DNA of 64,000 bases from the human T2T-CHM13v2.0 reference genome, Homo sapiens, in the NCBI RefSeq assembly GCF_009914755.1, contig NC_060945.1; one strand, 5' to 3'. Under the pieces are notes generated by a model, which was not told the origin of the DNA, ran no database searches, and saw only the letters and a list, made by a program, of their open reading frames with translations. Each line of letters opens with the position of its first letter. Positions within the stretch are counted from its first letter, which is position 1. Made by a program: the position numbers and the translations under genes. This document shows, one piece after another, positions 1-14,506 of this stretch.

Positions 1-429
1 GATCCACTATAAAGAGGAATTTTTTAATGTGCATATGTTGCCTTCTGGAATGACATATTTTACAATAAAAATGAAATGTTAAGCCAAATTAAGATTTTCC
101 CTTCAAATTCATTTATTTTATTGCAGTATTTTGACACTTTCTATCAATGCCTTAGCAATAAATTAATATTTTCTATTACCTTGTAATTATATTATTACAA
201 TGGAATCTAATTCTTTGCAAGATCTCTGAAAGAATAAAGAAGCTTTATCATTTAAAATCATTTTTTTAGAAAAATTATGTTAATAAATAAGACCTATATA
301 TCTTCAACCTTACTATTATGTATTTGACTTGTACTTTTAGACAAAATGGAATAAATCTTTATTAATAAATTCTGCTTTTTATTTCATGGATGTTTACTTA
401 ATCTAAAAAAAAAAATCTTCCCTAAGCCT

Positions 430-1900
430 ATTAGATAGGCTGGGCAAAATACGACAAACAATTTTTCAAAGCTTGCAATAAAGGAAAGCCCAGAAAATAA
501 AAAACAAAAACAAAAAAAATGGTTGGTAGGCATAAAATAAAATGTAGATTCTCCTAAAAATGTTTGTCAATGACAGAGTCTTAACAGCAGCCCAGTATAA
601 GGGATACAAGGCCTTGTAACCTCATAAAGTAAGAAGCTGAAACAGTAGCACCTCAGAATTTGTGGACCACAAAGAGATACACACTCAATGAAAAGGTAAA
701 CTTTACAAAGTCCAACCTGGACTACAAGGAAAAGATAAGTTCTTTATTAGTTTTAGCTCCAGGTAGTGGAAACTATCCTCTCAAGAGGACAGGATACTTT
801 AGCCATGTTCTTAATTATATTTGGGATTTGAATTTTTATTGTAACCTTATAAGACAACAAATACCTTTAAAGTGTTTTCGAGTTGGTAGTAACTGGGGCA
901 CCTGGCAGCAGCAAACACAAATTCTCTCTAAAGGAAATGCCTATTAGCCTAAGCCCTAAGAATTACTACTGATTAAGATCATTCAAATATACGTTTACAA
1001 ACCTAAATTTCAACATATAATAAATAAATTATCATAAGTTAGTTTTAATAAAACAAAATTAGACAACTAAGTATTTCAGATATGTAAATTTTTATATATA
1101 TACACTATAAAATACATGTAATTTTTTAATGAAAGAATTGAAAATATGAGCAAGGAATATGAAATGAGAAAATATCAGAAGACAGTTTTAAAATTAACTA
1201 ATAAGAACTTGTAGAAATGAAAAATGTATTCACTGAATTTAAAAGTTCAATGGATGGTTTAATCTGAAGATTAGACACAGCCAAGAGATGAGAAATGAGT
1301 TGGAAGATATAACTGAGCATGCGTGTTAAGACAAGAAAGGCAAGGAATGAAAATTCTGAAAGCTGGGAAGAGTTGAGAGGCATAGATTATGGACCAAATG
1401 AGAAGGTTTAGTATGAATCCAACTGGCATTCTGAAAAGAGACAATGCAGAAATGGAAGAGGGAAGAAACAAGATTTAACAAAAAAAGGCTGTGAATTTCC
1501 CCAAATTGATAAAAAGCATGCATCTGTATTTTCAGGAATCATACTGAAACCAAGAAAATAAATTTAAAAAAATTTTCACCTGGAGAAATTATACTGAAAA
1601 TTTAGAACACTAAAGGAGATAAAGAAAATATTAAAAGAAAAAAGGCAGGCTACTTGTAAGAAGCAAAGATTAAGTGAATACACTAAATGATACTACGAAA
1701 CATCTTCAGAAATGAATGGGGATTATAAAGAAAATTATCAGGATATTCATCAGTATTGGTCAAGGATCTATGAGAATGTGATTTGGAAGAGCTAAAATGG
1801 CTAATCTCTTCCTTAAATAGTTTGATGAATTGTTGGTTTTCATGTAGTAATTTGTTATATTTAAATATGGAATAAAACATTAAAAAATCTAAAATACTGT
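430..1900 (+). mobile_element. Old L1 (L1M) 5' region/ORF1 remnant
   Basis: A-rich + strand with L1 ORF1-like sequence (gaaatgaaaaatgtattcactgaatttaaaagttcaatggatggtttaa...agattagacacagcc) at about 1215-1300. Heavily decayed, so boundaries are approximate. Confidence 0.65.
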
Positions 1901-2978
1901 AATTCTAATAAAAATGTTGTAAGTCAATTGATTAGGAAAAGAGTATACTTGGATAGAGACTTAAAGGAGTTAGTATTTGATCCTCAAAATTAGTATCAAC
2001 TCTCAATTCCTGAGGCTTTACAATTTGTTAAGCCTTCTTCAAAGGGGCATAAATGTATTAACTCCATTAGACCTTACACTAACTCAATGGAGTATATAAT
2101 TTTGTTTTTCCATCGTACTGATGAGGAAAATAAAACACAAAGCAATTGTCCATAATTAGGTTTGACTTTTGGCCAAGTATTTGCTTAGAAAGCTATCTTT
2201 TAGAACATCAGGAAATCAATCTGTCAGAGCTAGAGAACACTTAAACTATGAGCACCCAAAATTACAGCTTTATAATTGTAAGAATTAAAATATGCTCTAT
2301 TTCTTCTAAAATATTTTTCCATAAATGTTTTAATATGCAAAAAGCTATTCTAAATGCTATAATTTTCATTTATCATGACCTCAAAACCTTGAATTTATAT
2401 TCCTAAACCCAGGTCTATGCAGAGCTTTTGATTTATACTATACTTTACAAAATATATTTTATTCTGACATCCTTGTAAAGCTATTTGATTGTGATGCAGT
2501 TTTTAAAATTATGATATAATTAGCTTTGTACATTTATACCTTCAGCACATGACTCAGGATTTTCTGCATATGGTAAGAAAAATTGTATTATATTGAATAG
2601 CAATAACTTCATGAATAAATATTCAAGTAAGTGAATTCCTTCATATAAATTAGAAATGGTAAAGCTTGATAAGATTACTTTCAGTTAATGCATATTCTTA
2701 TTCCTTCTGTAATTCTATGAATACCAATACCTGAGTAACTATCTTCAATGAAAATCAACCCAGAATATGAGTAACATGGGAAATGATCTGTTCCTAGTTA
2801 ATCACCCTTAAATAAGATACTTTTTACCGTTTGTAAATATGAGGGTAAATACATACATTTATAAGAAAATTCCTAGCTTAGACTATGTCACATTTTCAAG
2901 TTACATCTTTATATAACATTCTCATCTCTTGTAGAGTATGCTCACTAAACAAACTATGTCAAATGAGACAATGCATGC

Positions 2979-3380
2979 TGTGGAAACAAAAGTGACTTAA
3001 TCTTGGATACTAATCCTTCTTGTTCACTTCGGATTAACTCCAGTTTCACAAATGCCTCCAGATTTCTACTTGATGTGCTGTCCTTAGCATAAGAACATGT
3101 CAATCTTGATACAAATCATCAGCATACGGCATTCTTAGCTGTCCTGGAGGGTTGCCTTTAATTGTCGTGCACAGAGCATATACTGTTTGCAGTGGTATAT
3201 AAGCCCTGAGGCTGGGGAGTAACAGTTTGGGGATCTACCTGTCTTGCTGCCACCTGAGACCATGCTTCTATCAGTAAGTTAACCCAGTAAACAAACTGGA
3301 TTTCTCTGCCTCCTTCTTTGGTTTGTCACATCTTTCTGCATTTGGAGGTTGTTATGTAAAGATGACCCTTTCACAGAACA
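2979..3380 (+). mobile_element. Solo ERVL LTR, LTR47-like
   Basis: TG...CA ends (tgtggaaacaaaagtgac ... ctttcacagaaca), TATA-like tatataa at 3196-3202, and a 5-bp TSD catgc/catgt. Confidence 0.75.
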
Positions 3381-4702
3381 CATGTGACAATATATAAAAG
3401 TATACATTACTTCATCAGTATCAAATATTATTCTGTTACTACTACTTTTATTAAGCTACAGCTTTCCTTCTTTTTACAGAGTGGCAGAGGCAATATATAA
3501 TTATATAACAAATTATAATAGAAGTTGTGCTATTCTTCAGTCTTTGAGGCAATGTTGTGTTCAAATCATGTTTTGCATAGAAGATATACTACATTTCAAA
3601 CTAGTGTGACATCATTTCATCAAGAGCATTTCATCTCTTCACTGAAATTTGAAATAAAGATTATGGATGCCACCAACATTTTTAATTATCTCCTATTTCT
3701 TACTTTAAAAAAACAACAAAAGAATAATCATATGAAGGAAGATGGGCCACAGCTCATTATTTTCAGTTTAAAAAGTGAGAAATGATGAAAATTAGAAATC
3801 TTTATAGAATTTAGAATAAAGAATACAAGAGTTTGATAGTTATTAGTTAACTGGGATAGTAAAGAAATATGAGTAACACTATGGCATTTATAACTTAGAT
3901 GAAATGAACTAATTATTTAAAAGACACAAGTTTCCAAAACTCACAAAAGAGGAAACAGATCATCTAAGTAGGCCTATTTTACAGCATTTGAATCAGTAAT
4001 TAACGATTTTACAAAGAGAAAGCACAAGGTGCTGAAGAGTTCACCAGTAAATTCTACCAAACATTAAAAACAATAAATACTACCAATTCTCCACAAACTC
4101 TTCCATAAAATAGAAGCAGAAAGAATACTTCCTAGTTATCCTAATGTCAAAATCAGATAAAAACATTACAGGAAAGAGAAACTATATATCATCATCTCTC
4201 GTGAATGTAGATACAATAATGTTCAACAGAAATATTTCAGTACAGTTCAACATTATAAAATCTATCAAAATAATTCATCCTATCAACAAGCTAAAAAGCA
4301 AAAATCATATATCATTTGATGTATGAAATAAAAGACACTTATCAAAATGCAATGCCCTGTCATGATAAAATTGTTCAAACTAGGACAAAGGGGGACTTTG
4401 TCAACTCTATAAAGAATATCTACAAACAACTTACTGCTAACATCATGCTGAATGGCAGGACACTTGACCTTGTAGGATTTGGAACAAGGAAGCGATGTTC
4501 TCTTACCACTTTTATTTGACATCCTATTGGAAGTCTTAGCTAATGCAACAAGACAAGAAAAAGATGCAAACGATAAGGGGGGAAGCAGTCTTTGTTTGCA
4601 GATGATATGATTATCTATGTAGAAAATTCCAAAGAATGAGGAATGACAGCAACAATGTCTGTAATGACTTAAGCTAGTATAATGATGCCACAGGATACAT
4701 AG

Positions 4703-5121
4703 TGTTATGAATGGAAATGTGGCCTCCCAAAAGAAATCCTGAGGTACCTGTGTATGTAACTTTATTTGAAAAGAGGGTCTTTTCAGAAGTGGCAAACAAA
4801 AGGTGCAGTCATTAATGGTGGACCTTAATATGATATGACTGGTGTCCTTATAAGAAGGAGAAATTTGGACAGACACAAAAAGGGAGAACATCATATGACA
4901 ACAGAGGCAGAGATTGGAATAACGCAGCTGCAAGCCAAGGAAGGCCAAGCATTGAAAGCCAATATCTGCAGTTAAAAAAAAGCAAGGAAGAATTCTACAT
5001 AGAAGGAGCATGAACCTTGAATATTTACTTCCAGCCTCCAGACTGTGAGAGAACACATTTCTATTGTTTTAACCACTTAGCTGATAGTACTTTGTTATGG
5101 TGGCCTTGGGAAACTTACGCA
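4703..5121 (+). mobile_element. MaLR solo LTR (MLT1B/C-like) inserted in L1 ORF2
   Basis: Starts tgttatgaatggaaatgtgg, contains cttccagcctccagactgtgagagaa, ends ggaaacttacgca. 5-bp TSD catag/catgg. Confidence 0.85.
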
Positions 5122-5150
5122 CATGGTTTCAATAAAAAAGTCAATTATTT

Positions 5151-5459
<309 letters not shown>

Positions 5460-6241
5460 TCAATTATTTTTTGCTATAACAGGGATAAATACATCAAACA
5501 AAATATGTGCAGGACTTATATTAAAAGACCCACAAAACTCTGATGAAAGAAATCAAAGAGAAACTAAACAAAGAGCGATAGCCCAAGTTATGAATTTGCT
5601 AAGATGCCAATATTCCCAACTGGCTATTTAGATTCAATGTAATCCTTATAAAAATTTCATTGAACTGTTTTGTAGATATCCACAAACTGGTTAGAAAGTT
5701 TATATGTAAAGGCAGAAGGTCTAGAAGAGCCAACACAATACTGCAGAACAACAAAGGAAGGGGATTGACACTCTTGATTCAAGATTTACTCTAAAGCTAC
5801 AACAATAAAGACAGCGTAATATTGGAAGAAGGATGCACATGGAAATTAACTGACCAGATTAGGGAGGCCAAAAATTGACCTACACAAATATAGTAAACTG
5901 ATCTTTGATAGGAGCAGAGGCAATTGAATAGAGAAAGGATAGTCTTCTCACCAATTGGTGCTGGAACATTTGGCTGTCCATATGTAAAAGAAAAATCAAC
6001 CTAGGCATATACATTACACATTTCAGGTGAATTAACTCAAACTAGATCAGAGACATAAATGTAAGCATACAAAACTAAAAATCTCCTAGAAGCATCAGAA
6101 GAACAAATCTAGCTGACCTTGTATTTGTCAATGTATTTTTAGATACAATACCAAAAGCGTGGTCCAAGAAAAACAGATAATTTGATCTTTACTAAAACTA
6201 ATACTTCTGTGAAAAACCCTGTGACAAGAATGAAATAACAA

Positions 6242-6378
6242 GCCAGGTGTGACAGTACGTGCCTGTTGACTCAGCTACTTTGGAGGCTGAGGCAGGAGGA
6301 TCATTTGAGCCCAGGAATTTGAGACCAGCCTGGGCAATATGGGGAGACTTCACCTCTAAGAGAGAGACAGAAAAAAAA
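6242..6378 (+). mobile_element. Free Alu monomer (FLAM-like)
   Basis: Single monomer of about 120 bp (ggaggctgaggcaggaggatcatttgagcccaggaatttgagaccagcctgggc) with an A-rich tail. TSD-like gaaataacaa/gaaatgacaa. Confidence 0.85.
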
Positions 6379-6517
6379 GAAATGACAAGACAGAGTTCAG
6401 ATAAAATATTTGCAGAAGAACATATCTGATAAGTAACTTTGTATCCAAAACACTCAAGGAATCCTTATGACCCAACAGTAAAAAAACTAACAGCCCAATT
6501 TAAAAAAGTGGGCAAAA

Positions 6518-6616
6518 GTGGGGAGGCTGTGCATGTGTGGGGACAGGGGCTATATGAGAGCTCTCTGTATTTTCCACTCAATTTTTTTTTGTAAATCTAA
6601 AATTGCTCTGTTAATT
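6518..6616 (+). mobile_element. Severely 5'-truncated old L1 3' terminus nested in L1
   Basis: L1MB/MC-type terminal sequence (ggaggctgtgcatgtgtgggg...tgtaaatctaaaattgctct) flanked by the duplication aaaaa(g)tgggcaaaa. Confidence 0.7.
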
Positions 6617-9600
6617 AAAAATGGGCAAAATATCTAAACAAACGCCTCATCGAAGAAAATATAGTTGGCAAATAAGCATATGAAGATATTTTCAACATCA
6701 TTTGTCATTAGGGAGTCACAAATTATAACAACAATGTGATATCACTATACACATTTTAGGTTGGCTAAACAAAAACAAAAACAAAGCTGGCAATACCAGC
6801 TGCAAATGAGAAAAACCAGAATCCTTCCTCATTGCTGGTGGGGATACAAAAGAGTACCACGTTGGAAGACAATCTGGCAGTTTCTTACTAAAGTAAACAT
6901 GGTTTTACCATATGATCCAGTATTGTGCTACTCCATATTTACTAGCTAATTTGAAAAATGTCTAAAAACCTGCACTTGAATATTTATAGCAGATTTATTT
7001 ATAAGCACCAAAAATGATTGGAAGCAACCAAGATTTTCTTCAATAAGTGAAAGTATAAACAAAGCATGGTACCCCAATGCAATGAGTATTATTCAGAGAT
7101 AAAAAGAAATAAAGTATCAAGCGCAAAATAATATGAAAGCATCTTAAATTCATGGAGCAAAATGAAAAAAGCCAGTCTGAAAAGGCTATGTACTGTGTGG
7201 TTATAATTATACCTCATTCTAGAAAAAGCAAACTATAGAGACACAAAAAGATGAGTGGCTGTCAAAGGTATGGGGGAGATAGAGGATTAAATATGTGAAA
7301 TGAAATATTTTAGGATAGTGATTCTATTATGTATCACACTTTAATTGTGGATATGTGAGACTATTCCTATGTCAAAACACATTGAGATTTACAGCACACA
7401 ATGAACTTTAATGCATGAAAATTATAAACATTTTTACAAGTTTGGAGAAATCACAAGATTGAATGTAAAATAATATATATAATCTAACTGTATTGCAAAT
7501 ATGTAAAACAACCTCAGTAAAGGAGGTAGGAGAAAAAGGTGTTGACCTCAAAATAACTTTGGAAATGAGTGGAGGTCCATAAAACTAATGGCAAGAAATT
7601 GTACATAACCACTGAAGCTTCGTTGTTAAAATTTTATTCCACGGTGATACAAGTTAAAAATTCTGATAGTACTATTCATGTATACTGGAATTGAACAACT
7701 AAGTAGAAGGATGAGAAATGTTGGGAGCCAGATTTCTCCCTGTTGGAATGGGAATTTATAGATAAATGAGGGAAGGAGGGGAGAATGATCCATAGAGTAA
7801 TGGATTAGAATTAGAAACATCAGTCTGAACAGATGTTTACTTAATATGGACATGGATGGTTACACATATAAATATTTAAAGAGATGTATAAATCCATTGG
7901 TTAGTATATACATGCATATATTTTCTTGTTCTAACAGCTAAGAGAGAAGAGAAGCAGGATATCCCAGTAGCAATAAATATATGGATACCTAACCTGTTCT
8001 TGATTTCTAATATTCTTTAATAAAAGGAACCAAGGAACCAGGTGTCTTTGGAGAAATGACTGACTTTAACACTTGGGCAGGAAAGTTTCAAGATGAACCT
8101 GGAGCATTTTGCAGTGTCAGAAATTAAGGAAATGCTGTAAAAACAAACACACAAACAAAAAAACTCCTTCACACAACTATGGAGTATGCTAAAAAACACA
8201 ACACAACACAACAAAACAAAACAAAACAAAAAACACAGGAGCCAACTGAAAGAGCTCCCAGTGGCCAAACCTGGAAAGATTCGAGTGACAATAAATAAAG
8301 CAATATTGGATTCTAATCTAAAAAATAAAATACATATCCATGAATTCATGCTATAATCAATTAAGGATTGAATAAATAAATACATAGATTCAGGGGAGAA
8401 AATTTTCCATGCAGAAAATTTCCAAATTATTTATGTAGATACCTTGTCCTCAAAGAGGTGAAGCATGACTCCTCACCCCTTAAGTGTGGGCTGTGCATAG
8501 TGACTTTCTTCCAAAAAATATGATATGAAAAGTTGGAGAAAATATAACTTTACAGTGAATAAAGCTGATGAACATTACTGCAGGCAGGTGATAAAAATCA
8601 TCTTCAACTATGATAAGTGATGTGGATACAATATATCCTTGGTAGGATGTTAGTAAAATAGTACTTTACTTTTGTGGTTTTTCTCCCAAATGTCCAGAAC
8701 CCTGGTCTCATCCTGAGAAAAACTTCGTACAAATGCTAATGTATGAATTAGAATGTGGGACATTCTAATTATCTGACCAGCACTCTTCAAAACTGTCATG
8801 GTTATCAGAAACAGCCAAAGTCTGAGAAAACACTGCAGAAAACGGAGCCTAAAAAGGCATGACAACTTAATGCAATGTGGTATCCTGAAAAAGAAAAGGA
8901 GATTAGGTAAAAACTAAGAAAATCCAAATTAAGGATGTCCTTTATTCAATAATAATTTATCAAAATTGGGTCCTTAATTGTAACAAGTGTACTGTATTAA
9001 GGTAGGATATTAATAAAAGGGAACACTAAACGTGTATATAAGAACCCTCTGTATTATATTAGAAATACCCTGTAAATCAAAAACTGTTAAAATGTATTAA
9101 AATTATTTTCAGAGGTTAAAATGTCTTTTATTTATGTGGATATTAGGAGAAATTTCTGTATTGTAGGTTTATTGGATGATAAGGTACTTAATAAGTAGCA
9201 GTATCCAGCCTGCTTTCTCTTCTTTTGTAGTAGAAATAACCATGAAAAGAAGCAAATCTCTGACAGAAATCTAAAGTTTCAAGCAAAGTGTAACATTAGA
9301 GAAGTATAACTAAAAATATTCAATGAAGAATATAGAGCAGAAGGGAGAGATCTTAAAAGAGCAAGCAAATAGAAAACAAGTTATAAAATGGCTTACAAAA
9401 ACCATATCATATCAATAGTCACCTTAAGCATTGATGGACCAAGCACTAACAAACAGGTTGTCATCTAATTTTACCAATTTCTGGGTAGTATATAGCAGAT
9501 AAATGTAAGTGTAATGGATACTGTCTTTAATTTTTACTGTGGCTTATTTATAAACACTTATTCAGAGACAAAAAACAAGCTTGACTTTGTAAATGTACAG

Positions 9601-10052
9601 CATATACAAGCATACTCATGCATAAACTAGCTAAAATGTATTTGATTGGTTTTTAAAACATATGTAATATAATTGCACATCAAGGTTACAAATCTCTGTT
9701 AGAAATTTTTGCAAAATCTCACCATTATTATTTAAGGTTGTTATTTAAGAATAAATGTAATGTATGGATATATTTGATAATCATTTTTAATATACAACAT
9801 TTCAACCACATATATAAGCCTAGTTCAACAAATATTGTATGCAAATAGTTTAAAGTCTAACTACCTTCTAGTATATTTACTTAATTCATTTTCATTAATT
9901 CAGACCCAGAGATTGTGAATAATATATAAAATTTCAATTGAACATATACATATATTCTCCATTTGCAGATTAACCTAAAAATAGATATAATGTTTAGTTT
10001 TTGAAATCTAATGATTTATGGAAAATGCACTGGAAATTTGCTTGCAACATAC

Positions 10053-10092
10053 GTGTTTGTGTGTGTGAGTGTGTGTGTGTATGTGTGTGTGC
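10053..10092. repeat. Imperfect (TG)n microsatellite
   Basis: Direct reading of the sequence. Confidence 0.9.
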
Positions 10093-11949
10093 ATACTTGG
10101 GTTATGGATTTGGCTCAAGATATTTTAATTGGTTGAGGTCATTCATGCGATGTTTAAAAAAAGTTTTTTTTTTTAATTTTTTCAAATTAAAAGTGGCAGA
10201 GCCAGTCAGCCTTGAAATGATTGACAATATCCACTATGAACTGTAATCAAGTACATTTGAGAAAAGCTCTTCTTTAATTTTCTTTAATGAAGCCACAAAT
10301 TGAAGCTATTATATGCAAAGTAATTAGTAGCAATGTTTAAAATATTAATTTTTAGACTATGGGTTGTACATTTAATATATCCTTAGTATTTAACTTCTGA
10401 TATTTGATCTATGTCTAATTTTGAAATTTATTTTAGAATAAAATAGGTAGATTAAAATTAATAAAAATACTATATTTTTCATATTACAATGTTTTTGCTT
10501 GGTATAAGAAAATCTGTTCATTAATGAGATTTTGACATTATATGAAAAATATATCATCATTTTTATTAGCTTAATAGGAGAAAAATTGACTTTATTTTTC
10601 TCAATTTCATATTTTTAAATTGTGGACAAATAAAGGCAATGGTAGAGCCTAAGTGTGAATCTATTTTATACTGCAGATATCAGATTATTTTATTACTTTG
10701 GGTTGTTAAATTTTGATAAGCAATTATGTTTAGCTCTTCAAATGTAATTAAGCATTGGTATATTTCAACCCATGGATTTCATCAGTGACCTCTTCATCCA
10801 GAAGTTGCCTGATAGGATTTGCTGAAATATTGTGGCAACTACATTGAGAAACAAACAACAAAATCTGCTAATTATGAAAAAAAAGCAGCAACAAATTCAG
10901 CTCTGAGGCCCTCAGATGTCATATTGTAGCTGGATTAAGACACCTAGCAATTTAAGAAATGTGAATTGAAAAGACATGAGTCAGCCAGAGTATTTCAGAA
11001 TTTTTTTAGTTAGTTTTGAATGAATATTCTTGCCTGTAAACATAAACATTTAGAATAAAGGTATTGCAATTTATATTTATTTATGAAAATACTCATATTT
11101 AGGAGGACAGTATATTAATACTATCAACAGAGTTAAACATTGCAATGCCCAGGTTTCAGGCTGAAATATTATTGCTTTGCCTTTTGATGATACCTAAGGG
11201 CTCATATCTGAAATGATATGTTAAAAGGCCCGTGAGACCTAACAGTGAACTTAGCATACAAATTGGAATTTTTATTTATTTAATTTTAAGTGATTCAAAT
11301 GAATTTTTATTGCAACAAGACAGTTATTATTTTCTAGAAATAATTTTCTAGAAATTTTTGAATGCTAAATGTTTGCTAAAAATACTCAAATTTTCTTTAA
11401 TTTTTTGTGAAAATTATGGATATTTTTTAGAGGTTTTCCCCTAATGATAATGCTGCCTCATTAAATTTTTTATTTTATGATTATCCAGATACCATAGTTT
11501 CAGATCTCTCATATGGCTATTCTACCCATATAGTACAATGAGTTTAACCCTCTTCCGCTAACATACTCATAAAGGCAAAGATCAGTAAATGTTCAACCCT
11601 GAGGTACCTGACAGGGGAGGGAACATCACTGAAGCTCTTTTAGAATAGAGAAGTTTGAATCCCTCAAATCTTAGGATTCAGGTGAAAAATGTCCCATGCT
11701 ATCATATTCCACTGTTTTAGCATACGGTTAGCATTTCTTCAATTTTTTTCTAAAATTGACACTTAAATAAGAGGCTCCAATTTTATTTTGTGGCTTCTGA
11801 TACCTCTAAATGTAAACCCCTATGTCATATAAAGCCCACTTTTAGATGCAAAACCTGGAAGATATAGATTATTACCTTCCTACAAATACCATGAGTAAAA
11901 ATATTAAACTCCATTGGAAAGCAGAAATGGAAAGAAAATGGTTCTCAAA

Positions 11950-12715
11950 TTTCTGCCCCCGGAATACACATCATATGTAATTCTTCCCCCTTAAGTGTGA
12001 GCAGAAACCCTGAGTATGATGAGATGTCATTCCTGTTTATGGTGAACTGTATGGCAAAAATATTTTACAGATGTAGTTAAGGTTTCTAATCAAAAGAGAG
12101 GTTACTTGTTATCAGACAAGCCCTTTGAAATAGGGTCTAGGCTGGGCTCAGTGGCTCATGCCTGTAATCTCAGCATTTTGCAGGCTGAGGCAGGAGGACT
12201 GCTTGACCTCAGGAGTTCAACGTCAGCATGGGCAACGTGGTGAAACCCAGTCTCTATAAAAAAAAAAACAAAAATTAGGCAGAAGTAGTGGCGCATGCCC
12301 ATAGTCCCAGCTTCCTGGGGAGCTGAAGTGGAAGGGTCAGTTGAGCCTGGGAGTTTGAAACTTCCTGGAGCTGTGTTCACACCACTTCACTCCTGCCTGG
12401 GTGACAAAGTGAGACCCTATCTCAAAAAGTAAATAAATAAATGAAATTAAATAAAATACAATAAGCACTCAATGTAAAAGACCGGAAGCAACAGACTTCT
12501 TTCCCCATCCTTCTGTCTCTTACTCTTAATATCACTCCCTCACTTTCTGCTAGCTTTGAAGAGACACAGCACAATGCATTCTATAACTGAAAGGAAATAC
12601 ATTTTGCCAACAACCACGAGGTAGAATGAGAACCATAAGCTTCAGATGACAGGACAGTTACCACTGACACTTTAATTGCAGCCCTGTGAGACCCTGAACA
12701 GAAGCCATAGCAAGT
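11950..12715 (+). mobile_element. MLT1 (E/F-like) LTR split by AluJ
   Basis: ttccccc-ttaagtgtgagcag before the Alu; ctgacactttaattgcagccctgtgagaccctgaacagaag after it. Confidence 0.65.
12140..12458 (+). mobile_element. AluJ
   Basis: Diverged Alu dimer with J-type features (ggaggactgcttga, ttgagcctgggag) and a (TAAA)n tail. Confidence 0.9.
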
Positions 12716-13999
12716 ACTTTTAATATAAAAGCAAGCTCTTTTTATGTTAATATATTCCTGCCCTAAACAAATTTGTTATTTTACTGTATTACTGTTTTTC
12801 ATTTCAATCTGCAAAACAGACATATAGGTCCTAGTTCTTAATTGTGCTTAAAATTAAATAATTCCAAATAATAATGTCTTTAGTTGAATTTGAAAAAATA
12901 GGCAAGAAAGTTAGAAATAAATTAAATAATTTAGATCACCATTGAAGAACATACCTATTTCAGGAACTTTTTTGACTTCTAACACCTAATGTGTAATTAT
13001 AAACAATTTTTTTCTCTTTTCTTTGTAATCTAAAATACATAGTTTAAATAAAGTTGTATTGCCAAATTGTTATGGAAATCACAAATAACATGCTGTATAA
13101 GGAGGGTACAAATAATGTAATTAAAAATAGTTTTATTTTGTCTCCTACAGTCCCTTTAATATTCAACGTGGTATTATCTTTTCCCCTTGCCATTAAATAA
13201 AAATTTCAGGTGGCTCAAGGGTTATTCCTAGGAAAGATAAAATTTCATGTTCACTCTAAACTGGAAAAACACCATCTGGGTTACGAAATTAGAATGCTTA
13301 TCCAAATATCTTTATTCAGAACTTCAATCATGATTTTTAAAAAATGATACTCATTCCTGCCTTCTCCCCGCACCAGCAAGGGCTTGGCAGCAGAGCCTTG
13401 TCTAGTTCAGGGAAGGAGGTTTTGTCCCTCTTCCCACATTCTTCCTCACCATATCCTTCTCCCAAAGCTACTATAATAGAACTTACAAAATTTAAGGATA
13501 GGGAAGGTAGCAGAAAGGTCAGCTTCTCTTTAATCCCTGCTGTAATGAAGTGAGGTTGCTCCCTGGTGAGTATTTTCATGGCTGCTTCCAGCCTGGCCTT
13601 TCCATGTGTGACTCCTTTGATGGGCAGTACTTGGCTTCAGGTGGCAGTTTCTGTCCCTGTTTCAATTTTTAATTATTTTCAGGCATTCTAACCCGTGTAA
13701 ACTCTCACTGTTTTGGTGGTGCAGTATTTATCAAGCAAATCTTTTAAAGTATCCATTTTAAATTATCCCAGTCTAACATTGCTCCCTGGAGTCCAAGTCT
13801 GGTCCCAGGGTTTCATGGGTCTTCTACAGGTCACAGAGGGGTTTGCAGTCATGTTCAAAGCAGCACCGACTCTCACTCAGAGTCTCTCTCTTTCAGCCTA
13901 TCCTTCCCTCTCATCTTTTCCATCTTACAAATAACCACAGACTACTCTATGTTAGCTCAGTTATTCAATAAACACTCCCAATTTAACACCTTGTCACAC

Positions 14000-14506
14000 T
14001 GCCAGCTAGGTCGGGGAGACCCTAACCCAGCAGCGCTAGAGAAATTAAAGACACACACACACAAATATAGAGGGGTGAAGTGGGAAATCAGGGGTCTCAC
14101 AGACTTCCGAGCTGAGAGCCCTGAACAGAGATTTACCCACATATTTATTAACAGCAAACCAGTCATTAGCATTGTTTCTATAGATATTAAATTAACTAAA
14201 AGTATCGCTTATGGGAAACGAAGGGATGGGCCAAATAAAAGGAATAGGTTGGGCTAATTAACTGCAGCAGGAATATGCTCTTAAGGCATAAATCGCTCAT
14301 GCTATTGCTTGTGGCTTAAGAATGCCTTTAGGTGGTTTTCCGCCCTGGGTGGGCCAGGTGTTCCTTGCCCTCATTCCCGTAAACCCACAACCTTCCAGCA
14401 TGGGCATTAGGGCCATCATGAACATGTTGCAGTGCTGCAGAGATTTTGTTTATGGCCAGTCTTGGGGCCAGTTTATGGCCAAATTTTGGGGGACTTGCTC
14501 CCAACA
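14000..14506 (-). mobile_element. MER9 solo LTR (HERV-K HML-3)
   Basis: Reverse complement begins TGTTGGGAGCAAGTCCCCCAAAATTTGGCCATAAACTGGCCCC, matching MER9. Exact 6-bp TSD tcacac at 13994-13999 and 14507-14512. Confidence 0.9.

Noticed and set aside
4283-5056. Longest ORF in the window (257 aa, minus strand)
   Set aside because: It is an antisense read-through of L1 ORF2 and an MLT1 LTR with a non-ATG start. It is not a gene.
11329-11355. Doubled attttctagaaat palindrome as a heat-shock or GAS element
   Set aside because: The spacing is out of phase for an HSE, and TTC-N2-GAA is not a GAS site. It is more likely a local tandem duplication.
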